Part shown: positions 9,969-18,477 of the stretch, piece by piece | Numbering within the stretch: position 1 is the stretch's first letter | Layout of the letters: every line of letters begins with the position of its first letter | Source of the DNA: a virus | Lineage: Duplodnaviria; Caudoviricetes | Strand: one strand, 5' to 3' | Virus record (IMG/VR): IMGVR_UViG_3300025099_000002 | Location: 1 to 60,448 of that record | DNA: 60,448 nucleotides | Program-made: the position numbers and the translations under genes | Notes under the pieces: generated by a model | What the model saw: the letters and a program-made list of their open reading frames with translations, nothing else | Databases searched by the model: none | Told to the model about the DNA's origin: nothing

Positions 9969-11042
9969 TTACGCTGCGTTGTACTGTGCAACAGTGATAG
10001 CTTCAGGACGAAGTATCTTTCTGCCGTACAAATGCATCCCACGAACAATATCAGCAAAACTATCAGGATCTCGATAGGTTTCTGTTTTATTGATCTGTTC
10101 TGCGGTTGCTATAGCTGAGTCGTGTCCAGCTACGATTACACCAAAGTTAGCGAGTTGGTTTGCAGTACCTGTAGTACCTGGACCTGTGCCAACGGATGGT
10201 AGGTTACTAGAAACATATACACGGAAGCCGCCTAAATTGCTGACTGCTAAACCATTACGTATACTTCCTGACGCACCGAAATCAGCGTTATGAAGACGTG
10301 AATCCTCATCTCGTAAGATTTCCATGAATACTGGGTCAATGACTAACCAACGACCTGCTGTATCAACTTGTTGTTGATCAAGCAAACGAGCCATACGAGC
10401 TATTACCATAAGAGGTGAAGCAGTCGCTGTTGGTAGTGCAGTTGCACCAGGTAGACGAGCAGCAATCGGAATAGAGTGCGACCCTGCGGAACTTGTAGTA
10501 ATGTTACCAAAAGAACCTTTATTTAGCTTCATACTGGACAACAATTCGTCTGTGCCAGCAGTAGCTACTGCAACAGTACCATTAGTAGTTGCATTTACCG
10601 CATCGGCAGATGAACTAAGTGATGACTGTTTGTAACCTGCCAAATAACCAAGTACTTCTTGGTCGTATTGATCAGATAAACGATATGCAGCACGATCTGT
10701 TGCAAGTTGCATGAAGTTAATGTGTGAATGTGCTTCTTCAATGTCGTCCATTTTAAATGCAAAGTAATTTGCTTTATCGACTACAAGTGAGAAGTCTTCA
10801 TCATCAAGATCTTGCGCTTGAACAGTTGTGCCACGGGCATAAGAACTAACCGAAATTTCTGGCTCCTTAATGATCTTGACTGTGTCGCCCTGACCACTAA
10901 TTTCTCCAAAATAATCTGAGTTAGTTATATCGCCCACAACAGTACTCTTGCGGAATGCAAGCTGTACTTTTTTTGAATAGATTATAGCACTAAAATTACC
11001 ATTCGGTAAGTTGCCATAACCTGCTGCGGTTGTGAAAGCCAT
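9969..11042 (-). CDS. Major capsid protein (start revised to 11042)
   Basis: MAFTTAAGYGNLPNGNF...DYFGEI..QGDTVKIIKEP...FADIVRGMHLYGRKILRPEA is an HK97-fold coat pattern; GGAGG RBS; follows the scaffold gene. Confidence 0.9.
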   Translation of the reverse strand: MAFTTAAGYGNLPNGNFSAIIYSKKVQLAFRKSTVVGDITNSDYFGEISGQGDTVKIIKEPEISVSSYARGTTVQAQDLDDEDFSLVVDKANYFAFKMDDIEEAHSHINFMQLATDRAAYRLSDQYDQEVLGYLAGYKQSSLSSSADAVNATTNGTVAVATAGTDELLSSMKLNKGSFGNITTSSAGSHSIPIAARLPGATALPTATASPLMVIARMARLLDQQQVDTAGRWLVIDPVFMEILRDEDSRLHNADFGASGSIRNGLAVSNLGGFRVYVSSNLPSVGTGPGTTGTANQLANFGVIVAGHDSAIATAEQINKTETYRDPDSFADIVRGMHLYGRKILRPEAITVAQYNAA

Positions 11043-11270
11043 AATAAAATCCTCCATTAAGATGTTTGGCTTGAGTTAAAAGCGTAACACTTAGCGAAGA
11101 GGCTGATGTTTTCTAAGGTGCATTAACTGTAACTATGCCTAGCTAAAATTAACGGGCTTATACTTATCAGGTAGTCTTAGTAAGTAGTATAGGCTTGGGG
11201 TTTATAAATAACCTAACTTTAAGAGTAGCTACATATCTGAAGGGTCTTAAAGTTATTGGTTACTTATCTC
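11043..11270 (-). ncRNA. Long structured 5' leader of the capsid mRNA (putative cis-regulatory RNA)
   Basis: About 230 nt with no coding capacity, between promoter and RBS. It folds by inspection into a ~21-bp stem (11204-11267) and a nested multi-stem (11097-11178). Confidence 0.6.
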
Positions 11271-11275
11271 GTATA

Positions 11276-11303
11276 GTTATATACAAATAAAACACAATGT
11301 CAA
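11276..11303 (-). promoter_or_regulatory. Sigma70-type promoter for the capsid operon
   Basis: TTGACA-N16-TATAAC on the minus strand. Confidence 0.7.
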
Positions 11304-11316
11304 TAACTAAATTAAT

Positions 11317-12195
11317 TTAACGGGCTGCTCCCGTAATATCGTAAAAGTTAGGGTTATCTCTAGACGCTTGAAGTATAGCATCCTGATGCTTTTCGTATTC
11401 TTCCATAGACATTTTGTCAACCATAGATTCTGTGTACTTAGGTTTAGATGAGTCTTGATCAGGATTAGCTGAATTACGTTTAGGTACTACTACAGACGCT
11501 GCTTCTTTAGTTGATGCTTTTTTACCTTTAGTGTCTATGCCGTTATCTACTTTATACAAATCTATTACTCTTACTACAGACATTGCATCGTCTGAGTTTT
11601 TGTATAAGGCATCTTTAACCCATTTAGGTTGTACGTCTGCCCAATCATGAAACGCATCACTGTCTTTTAGTTCATCAAAATCAGAATGAGACTTACGTAT
11701 TTCATTTTCAGCTTTAGTTCTTTGAGCTTCAGCGTTTATCTCGTCTATACGTTGTAGTCTATCTTCTGCTTGACTAAACTTTTCTTGCGCTTTCTTTTCA
11801 GCTATAGTTTCAACTATTGCAGCTACATCGGGGTACTTCTCTGCCCATGCACCTATATCTTCGTCTGACTTAGGTGGTCTAATATCTGCTGCTAGGTCAG
11901 GGTTATTGAGGCGTTCTTCTAGAGCTTTTATCTTAGCGTCTTGTTCGTTTATATACTTACGAGCATCTGTGTGTCTTTTCTTGTAAGTTTTTTCTTCTGG
12001 GCTAAGGTTTTCTTCCTTTTTAACTTCTACTTTTTCTTCTACGGGTTCTTCTGTAGAAGCTTCTTCTTCTGGTGCTGCTGTAAGTTTATCTAATTCAGCT
12101 TGCTCTTCTTCGATGCGTCTCTTATTAGCGTTATTGTGTTTGCTATCTACGAAACCTGCTGTTTTAGGTTTTACTACTGCTTCTGGCTCTGGCAT
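11317..12195 (-). CDS. Capsid scaffolding protein
   Basis: Acidic coiled-coil protein (EEKTYKKRH.D...HSDFDEL..SDAFHDW) directly upstream of the major capsid gene. Confidence 0.75.
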   Translation of the reverse strand: MPEPEAVVKPKTAGFVDSKHNNANKRRIEEEQAELDKLTAAPEEEASTEEPVEEKVEVKKEENLSPEEKTYKKRHTDARKYINEQDAKIKALEERLNNPDLAADIRPPKSDEDIGAWAEKYPDVAAIVETIAEKKAQEKFSQAEDRLQRIDEINAEAQRTKAENEIRKSHSDFDELKDSDAFHDWADVQPKWVKDALYKNSDDAMSVVRVIDLYKVDNGIDTKGKKASTKEAASVVVPKRNSANPDQDSSKPKYTESMVDKMSMEEYEKHQDAILQASRDNPNFYDITGAAR

Positions 12196-12252
12196 AATTG
12201 TATTTCCTTTTGTTATATGGGGTCCGTAATTTTACGGAGTAGCCTAGTTGTT

Positions 12253-12281
12253 ATTTTGCCTTATTTGTATTACTGTGTCAA
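12253..12281 (-). promoter_or_regulatory. Sigma70-type promoter for the scaffold gene
   Basis: TTGACA-N17-CAAAAT on the minus strand, followed by a leader hairpin at 12219-12244. Confidence 0.55.
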
Positions 12282-12283
12282 TA

Positions 12284-13483
12284 TTATGTTTTCTTTCTGC
12301 GTGAGATAAAACCACCTTTATTCATAGGCCCCGTGAAACCTGAACCCTCCGTACCATCATCTATACCTGCGGCTGCAGCGTTTGCTGCACCTTGAGCAGA
12401 TCCATAACCAGGAGTGCCATCAAGTGAATAGCCATCCCCTGTATATTGACTATCAGGGTCTGCTTTTGCTTTAGCTATTGTAGCTTGTTGATATGCTTTT
12501 GTTTTTTCATTATGTTTATCAGCGTGTTGTTTATTAAATCTTCCTAATGCATTAACAGCCCAAGAAAAAGGACCTGTATAATTAATCATATCATTAGCTT
12601 TACTCATGTAATCTTGTTGTTGCTCTAATGACATTTTACTAAAAGTAGGTGTCATTGGAACATCATCTGGTCCATCGGGTTGTTCTTTTGGTATTTTCTT
12701 TTTTACTGCTTCTGTAGGTGCAGCTCCTTTTTGTATAGTATCCGCTGTTTTAAAAGACGAACTACCGTAGCCTCCTCCTGTTCCTGGAGTTAAGAAAGCA
12801 TAAGGATTAAAAGCCTCGTTTAGCTGTTGTTGTTGCATCATAGATAACCAATCATCAGCACTATAATTATCTTTAGAGTGATCTCCTCCGTGAGCGTATC
12901 CTTGAACTACGCCACCTTCCATAAATCCTACACCTTTATCGGCTAACTTTTGTTGTAAGGAAGGATTCTTCTGCACTGCACCCATGATACGATCTATTAG
13001 TTGATCTGTTTTAGCGTCATCTTCCATATTCATAGAGGCCTTCTGTGTTACTGCACCGCCTTGCTCACTTTGATCTAAACCTTGTTCTAGACCACCTACG
13101 TTAAAACCTACTGCACCACCCTCACTAGCTTGTAGCACAGATTCTAACTGCTGCATATCATCTGGTGATAGATCTAAACCATTAGGTTGATCTGGGGTTG
13201 GTGCAGTAGGGCCAGGTCCAGCAACAGGTTCTCCACCTATGCGACCTTCATCTGCCATTTTAGCTATTTCCATCTTAGCGTTCTCTCTAAGATCTTCAAA
13301 AAACTTTAACCCGTAGAATCGTAATACATCAGCAGGTACTACATATTCTCCTTCACTCAGCATAGCTGGTACATCATCTCTTACTTCTTCTGGCAGAGAT
13401 CCCATTGGTACATCATTACCGCTTACTGGGTCTTGTCTTCCTGACTCAGATAGAGCCATCTCCATTTGATCATTTACTGCCAT
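12284..13483 (-). CDS. Head-module protein with DDVPAMLSEGEYVVPA domain and xxGG repeats
   Basis: The motif resembles the D.IPA.LS.GE(F/Y)V domain seen in phage tape-measure and virion proteins. It has six xxGG motifs. Confidence 0.55.
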   Translation of the reverse strand: MAVNDQMEMALSESGRQDPVSGNDVPMGSLPEEVRDDVPAMLSEGEYVVPADVLRFYGLKFFEDLRENAKMEIAKMADEGRIGGEPVAGPGPTAPTPDQPNGLDLSPDDMQQLESVLQASEGGAVGFNVGGLEQGLDQSEQGGAVTQKASMNMEDDAKTDQLIDRIMGAVQKNPSLQQKLADKGVGFMEGGVVQGYAHGGDHSKDNYSADDWLSMMQQQQLNEAFNPYAFLTPGTGGGYGSSSFKTADTIQKGAAPTEAVKKKIPKEQPDGPDDVPMTPTFSKMSLEQQQDYMSKANDMINYTGPFSWAVNALGRFNKQHADKHNEKTKAYQQATIAKAKADPDSQYTGDGYSLDGTPGYGSAQGAANAAAAGIDDGTEGSGFTGPMNKGGFISRRKKT

Positions 13484-13691
13484 TTATCTCATCCCTTAAA
13501 TATTTTAATTTACGTAAAGCTGTTACCTCACCTTGACACCTATAGATATCTGCTTCACCTTGCACTTGCTCCATTTTAACGTGTACTTGATTTATTTTTT
13601 CATCTAATACTTTACAAAAAGCATCCCATACGGTTTTATCGTTAGTTATTTTTTTAATTGATATTATATGTTCCACATAACTTCCTGTCAT
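13470..13691 (-). CDS. Small conserved head-module protein
   Basis: 73 aa with an IYRCQGEV.ALRKL motif, resembling the small proteins that often follow portal genes. Confidence 0.55.
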   Translation of the reverse strand: MTGSYVEHIISIKKITNDKTVWDAFCKVLDEKINQVHVKMEQVQGEADIYRCQGEVTALRKLKYLRDEINGSK

Positions 13692-16327
13692 TACCTACTC
13701 ATTAATCCGTTGTTGGGTGCTGTAACTAAACCACCCTTAGCGTACCTACCTTTTAAACCTTCTATATTATCTAACTTTAAACCTTTAATGTCTATAGTTA
13801 TTATTTCTTTAAATCTAGGTTTTGAAGCATCCCATATTTCTTCTTCTGGTCCTGGTTTATATTGACCTATACGAGTTACATTACCAGTAGCTAAATCTAC
13901 TGTTTCTCTATCTGCATCTTGAAAGATACCTGCTCCTGCAAGATCATCTGCATTTTCAACATTAGGAATAAAATCTTCATCAAGAGGACCTTCATCATCA
14001 AGAAGGATATCAGCAAAATCTACTTCAACTTCTTGATCATTTTCCCAGTCTTCACGTCTTCCTTTATAGGGATTTTCTCTTTGTGTACGTTTTACTTTTA
14101 TTTTAGGTTCTTCTGTAGTTATATTTTTTAATGCTCTATCCATACTTATTATATAGTTATCTTTAAGAACTGAACCTTTTAAGAAATCTATCCCTCTTTC
14201 TTTACCTATGTCAAAAGGTGCAGGAATACGTATAGTGTCTATGCCTTCTCGTTTTGCATATACAATTATAGATTGTAGAAGTTTTTCTAAGTACCTTTCA
14301 GGTGCAGAATATCTACCTGTAGGTATAGGTAATTTTCTTTCTACAAAACCAGGGTTTTTTACTTTAACGTTCTTTAATAGTTGTCTTTTATCAAGCGGTC
14401 CTTGTTTTTGTCCTTTTATAGGCTCTAAAGAAATAGTTTTTATTTTTCTAGTGTGTTTATACTTAGGGTCTGCAGCTTTAAGTAAATATTTAAAGGGAAA
14501 GTCTTTACTCATATTAAACGAAGTATTTTTATCAAATTCAAAGAAAGAAATCTCAATGTTTTTAGTAAGTTCTTCATCTACTATTTTGTCTAATTGTTTT
14601 GTTGAAACTGCATCACCTTTATATGCAAAAATAGATCCATCCTTGTATTTAATATCTTTTGCAAACTTAGGAGTGGTCTTATATAAAAAATTATTTATAG
14701 TATCTAATTGTTCGTCTCGAAGATCGGGTTTATCCACAAGCATAAATTGTCCAGATATTGAATCATTTGCTTGATCAATTAATTCAAACCCTCTATCAGA
14801 TCTTGTGTTTCCATATGGACCTTTTAATCCTATCTCGTTCATCCAATTTTGTTCTGACAGATATAAATACTCTATTTTTACTGCATCTTTAGGGCTTTCA
14901 TTTCTTAAAAACAAAACCTCTGACGGTGTTAAATCACTGTATTCTCCGTAATAAGGTTGCTTAACCATAAAAGAAGTTCGAGTGTCAAGTTCAGCTTGTT
15001 CTTCAGGACTTATTCTACCTCTTCTTGACTGTTCAGCATAATTTCTATCTAAAGCGTCTAGTGCGCTTTCAGCTTTATTTCTTTTATTAAAATTAGATAG
15101 CATAAGAGCATCACTAAGTATCTCTCCTTCTCTAACTGAATGAGCTTCTTTCTCAAAGTATTCATCTGAGTAGTTAGGTTTTTTAGGTCTATTATTATAA
15201 CCTAATGCATTAGGACCTTTTAAGTCACGCATAGCATCAGTTTGAAACTCTGACATGAGAATTTCTTTAATACCATCATGTGTAGTGTAAACATCTCCTC
15301 TAGCGTGAGCTAAAGTCGGACCTGCTTCTTTATTTATAGAATGAGTTAGTCCTATATTTTTATCTATAAAATTAGCTCTTCCCTCATACGTATCGCTACC
15401 CTTAACAAAAACAGGATTAACATTTATAGATAATTCAAAACTATCAGAAGGGTTATCAGGATATTTTTGTGCTAAGTCTTCATCATTTATAACATTTTTA
15501 ATGTTTTGTCGTTGTGTTTGAGAATACGACCAATCCTTATCTTTATCATAAATAGTATTAACAGAAGCATTTTCTTTTTTTAATCTGTTTAAAGTGTCAG
15601 ATTTAGTTTTAATATTAGCTGTAACTATAATACCTTTATCTTCTAATAATTTATTAAGGTCTTTATTAGTATATGTAGTGTTGTCATCTAAGTTAAAACC
15701 TATAAACGCTGCTTCTTCTTCGTTATAATTTTTTACTTTGTTTAATTTTTGTTTAATTTGTTTACCTAACATTCCTGTATTTTTTATATTTAAGGAACGT
15801 AAAGAAGACTCTATAGTACTATAAAAAGGCATCAACTCTGTAGATGCAGATTCAGGGATGGCAGTCTCAGACCTACGTATAGTAAGATCATCTCCTCTTG
15901 GTCCTGTTCTAGGATTATTTACAACAGGTTTAAAATAAGGATTATCTGCTTCGGGTTCAAATCTCTGAAAGTCGTAAGTAATGTCTCCTGTACTTTCTGA
16001 AAAAACTTCTTCTTTAGTTTGTATTTCACTTTTAGAACCACTATAAAACCTAGGTTCAAAATTACTGTCAAAATTATATTCATCTTTAACAGGAAAACCT
16101 TCAGCTATAGGATATCGCATTCTATCTTCAGCAGTATAGGGATCTAGTATCTGCCCTTCTTTAATAAGTCTATCTTCTCCTTCTGAAGAAACTGTAGTTT
16201 TAAATAAAGGATTAACTTCTCCAAAATCAATAGGAGCATCTAAGTCATTTTTACCTATATCCTTACCCTTAACGCCTAATAGTATATCTCTAAAACCATT
16301 AGCGAATTGTCTAGCTAGTTGACCCAT
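13691..16327 (-). CDS. Large hypothetical protein, possibly virion-packaged and polyvalent-protein-like
   Basis: 878 aa, AT-rich. FYS, LAHARG...SEFQTD and YAKREGIDTI motifs; C-terminal YAKGGLV...GLMSR. Confidence 0.5.
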   Translation of the reverse strand: MGQLARQFANGFRDILLGVKGKDIGKNDLDAPIDFGEVNPLFKTTVSSEGEDRLIKEGQILDPYTAEDRMRYPIAEGFPVKDEYNFDSNFEPRFYSGSKSEIQTKEEVFSESTGDITYDFQRFEPEADNPYFKPVVNNPRTGPRGDDLTIRRSETAIPESASTELMPFYSTIESSLRSLNIKNTGMLGKQIKQKLNKVKNYNEEEAAFIGFNLDDNTTYTNKDLNKLLEDKGIIVTANIKTKSDTLNRLKKENASVNTIYDKDKDWSYSQTQRQNIKNVINDEDLAQKYPDNPSDSFELSINVNPVFVKGSDTYEGRANFIDKNIGLTHSINKEAGPTLAHARGDVYTTHDGIKEILMSEFQTDAMRDLKGPNALGYNNRPKKPNYSDEYFEKEAHSVREGEILSDALMLSNFNKRNKAESALDALDRNYAEQSRRGRISPEEQAELDTRTSFMVKQPYYGEYSDLTPSEVLFLRNESPKDAVKIEYLYLSEQNWMNEIGLKGPYGNTRSDRGFELIDQANDSISGQFMLVDKPDLRDEQLDTINNFLYKTTPKFAKDIKYKDGSIFAYKGDAVSTKQLDKIVDEELTKNIEISFFEFDKNTSFNMSKDFPFKYLLKAADPKYKHTRKIKTISLEPIKGQKQGPLDKRQLLKNVKVKNPGFVERKLPIPTGRYSAPERYLEKLLQSIIVYAKREGIDTIRIPAPFDIGKERGIDFLKGSVLKDNYIISMDRALKNITTEEPKIKVKRTQRENPYKGRREDWENDQEVEVDFADILLDDEGPLDEDFIPNVENADDLAGAGIFQDADRETVDLATGNVTRIGQYKPGPEEEIWDASKPRFKEIITIDIKGLKLDNIEGLKGRYAKGGLVTAPNNGLMSR

Positions 16328-18474
16328 TATTGTACGTTCCCACTAAAGCCTTGTTCACCTGGTGCTGCTGCACTTCCTATTCCTATATTAGAACCTCCAC
16401 CGCCTGTCATATCAGTAGTAGCTTGAGGAGCAGGACCTGCAGCAGGTGCGCTTCCACCAGCAGGATTAGGAGTAGGAGGTACTCCTGCTTGAGGAGGTAC
16501 TCCAGCAGGTTCTGGAGGTGCTTGAAAGCCTTTAAGTATTTCAGCTTGTATAGCTGCGTCTTGTAAAGAGTTAGTTACTTTATCTGGATCTAAGTCCATA
16601 CTAACAGCTATTTCACGTATAATGTAATCCATCTTAGCGAAAGGAGCTAGTATCGGGTTCTGTGCTACCTGTAAGAACTGCATCAATCGTTGACTACGTA
16701 CTTCGTTAGCCATCAATGATTCAGTACCTTGCGCTTTAACGTCTAAGTCACCCTTTATTTCTGGATCATAATCGAACTGCATATTAAAGTTAAAGAATGC
16801 TTTACCTAATGGGTTAATCAAGTAGTCATCTACGTTCTTTATAACAGTTCGTATAGAACCATTAGCTGCAGACATAAGCATAGAAATCCCAGAAGCAGTT
16901 CTCCCCACTCCAGAGACACCTGTTTGCCCATGCGCGAAAGACGGGAACCCTGTACTTTCATCGGCTAACACCCTTGCTTTATCAAATAGTTGCATATTTT
17001 CTTGGGCTACATTAGGGAACTTAGTGCCGAAGATGGCTTGTCCTGGCGCACCACCTTGCCTACGAAACGTCTTTCCTGGATACACACTTAGGTCTTGCCC
17101 AGGTACTAAGTTAGTCTCGTCTACTTCTATAATTAAGTTACCTGACAACGCAGCATTATCAATAGCCATACGCATGAAGCCATTCATCAAGGTCTGTGTG
17201 TCATCCATGTTTTCAGCTATGCCTACACCGAAGAAACTATAAGGTGATACTTCATACGGCACAGCGTAGTACGGAATATAGGAAGGCTTGAATGGGTTCA
17301 TAACTAAACGCAGTACTTCGTTGTTACATATCCATATGTTTACGTTTAGTTGCTCTGCGTCTTTTAGCTCTTTAGGTATATCTATTTCGTGTTCTTCTAA
17401 TATCTCTCTATCTACAAAACCCCAGAACTCTAGTACTTCGTAGCGTTCAGCTTGTGAGCCGTGTTCTGCTTCTTCCATAGTTTGTTCCCACCACTTTTTA
17501 GTGTAGGACTCACCCATGTTTAAAGACATATCTATAGCGTTTTTACGGAAGAAGGGTCTATCTTTTAATGCTCTCATCTGTGATCGAGACATCTTATGTC
17601 GTTCTACTACATATTCAGCTTCATCCATGTTAGCTGCATCAGGATCAGGGTAGAAGTTCCATATAGATACGTTGCTAGTTGAAGGTACAGTTTTAATTGT
17701 AGGATTATATTCACCACCTTCATCCCAGTTAGCGTATTCTTTAGATACAGCAAACGGACCTTTCATTATACCCGTACCAAATAGAGCTAACTCAAATGCT
17801 GCTAACCTTAATTGTTTGTTAGCACCAGACTCTTCTAGCTGGTCGTGTATTTTTTTCTGCATTTTCTTAGCTGCAACTAACGCAGGATGAAAAGTAATAC
17901 TTGTAGGTGTAGTACCTGGACCTTCAACAAGTTTTTCTTCTACGGGTTCTAACTTATTTTGTAATGCACCTAATCTGTCTTTAATAGAATTAATTGTGTC
18001 ACCTGGTTCTAGTGTATTATCAGGCGAGAAAGTAGGTCTATTAAATGCTTCTTTTATCTCCTCTATGCCTTGTTCTGCTTTAGGATCTGCATCAAAATGC
18101 ACTGTATCAGCTACACCTTCAGGTAAGGTAGTAGGGTCTACACTAAGAGGAAATTTATTATTACCGAACAACACGTCAATGACTTGCCCGTATGCTGCAA
18201 GTGTTTTAGTTTTAGTTACTTTAACGAATACACGAGAACGTTCTGTGTCAGTAAACTGTACATCAGGGCCATACAAACCTCTGTAGTTTCTGTAAGCTTG
18301 TAACCAACGTGTCTCATCATTTTGTCTAGCGTCTTCTGCTTTACTAAACTTACCCTCAACAAAATTAGCTATTCTACCTACTGACGGGTCTACATTATCT
18401 TCCGTTTTTTTAGCGTCATCTATAAAGGAAGACTCGTCAGATTCAATGTTGTATTCTAGATCATCTTCAGCCAT
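16327..18474 (-). CDS. Portal protein
   Basis: 715 aa after the large terminase. YRNYRG, VSIWNFYPDP and GVGIAE motifs; Pro/Gly-rich tail. Confidence 0.85.
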   Translation of the reverse strand: MAEDDLEYNIESDESSFIDDAKKTEDNVDPSVGRIANFVEGKFSKAEDARQNDETRWLQAYRNYRGLYGPDVQFTDTERSRVFVKVTKTKTLAAYGQVIDVLFGNNKFPLSVDPTTLPEGVADTVHFDADPKAEQGIEEIKEAFNRPTFSPDNTLEPGDTINSIKDRLGALQNKLEPVEEKLVEGPGTTPTSITFHPALVAAKKMQKKIHDQLEESGANKQLRLAAFELALFGTGIMKGPFAVSKEYANWDEGGEYNPTIKTVPSTSNVSIWNFYPDPDAANMDEAEYVVERHKMSRSQMRALKDRPFFRKNAIDMSLNMGESYTKKWWEQTMEEAEHGSQAERYEVLEFWGFVDREILEEHEIDIPKELKDAEQLNVNIWICNNEVLRLVMNPFKPSYIPYYAVPYEVSPYSFFGVGIAENMDDTQTLMNGFMRMAIDNAALSGNLIIEVDETNLVPGQDLSVYPGKTFRRQGGAPGQAIFGTKFPNVAQENMQLFDKARVLADESTGFPSFAHGQTGVSGVGRTASGISMLMSAANGSIRTVIKNVDDYLINPLGKAFFNFNMQFDYDPEIKGDLDVKAQGTESLMANEVRSQRLMQFLQVAQNPILAPFAKMDYIIREIAVSMDLDPDKVTNSLQDAAIQAEILKGFQAPPEPAGVPPQAGVPPTPNPAGGSAPAAGPAPQATTDMTGGGGSNIGIGSAAAPGEQGFSGNVQ

Positions 18475-18477
18475 ATG

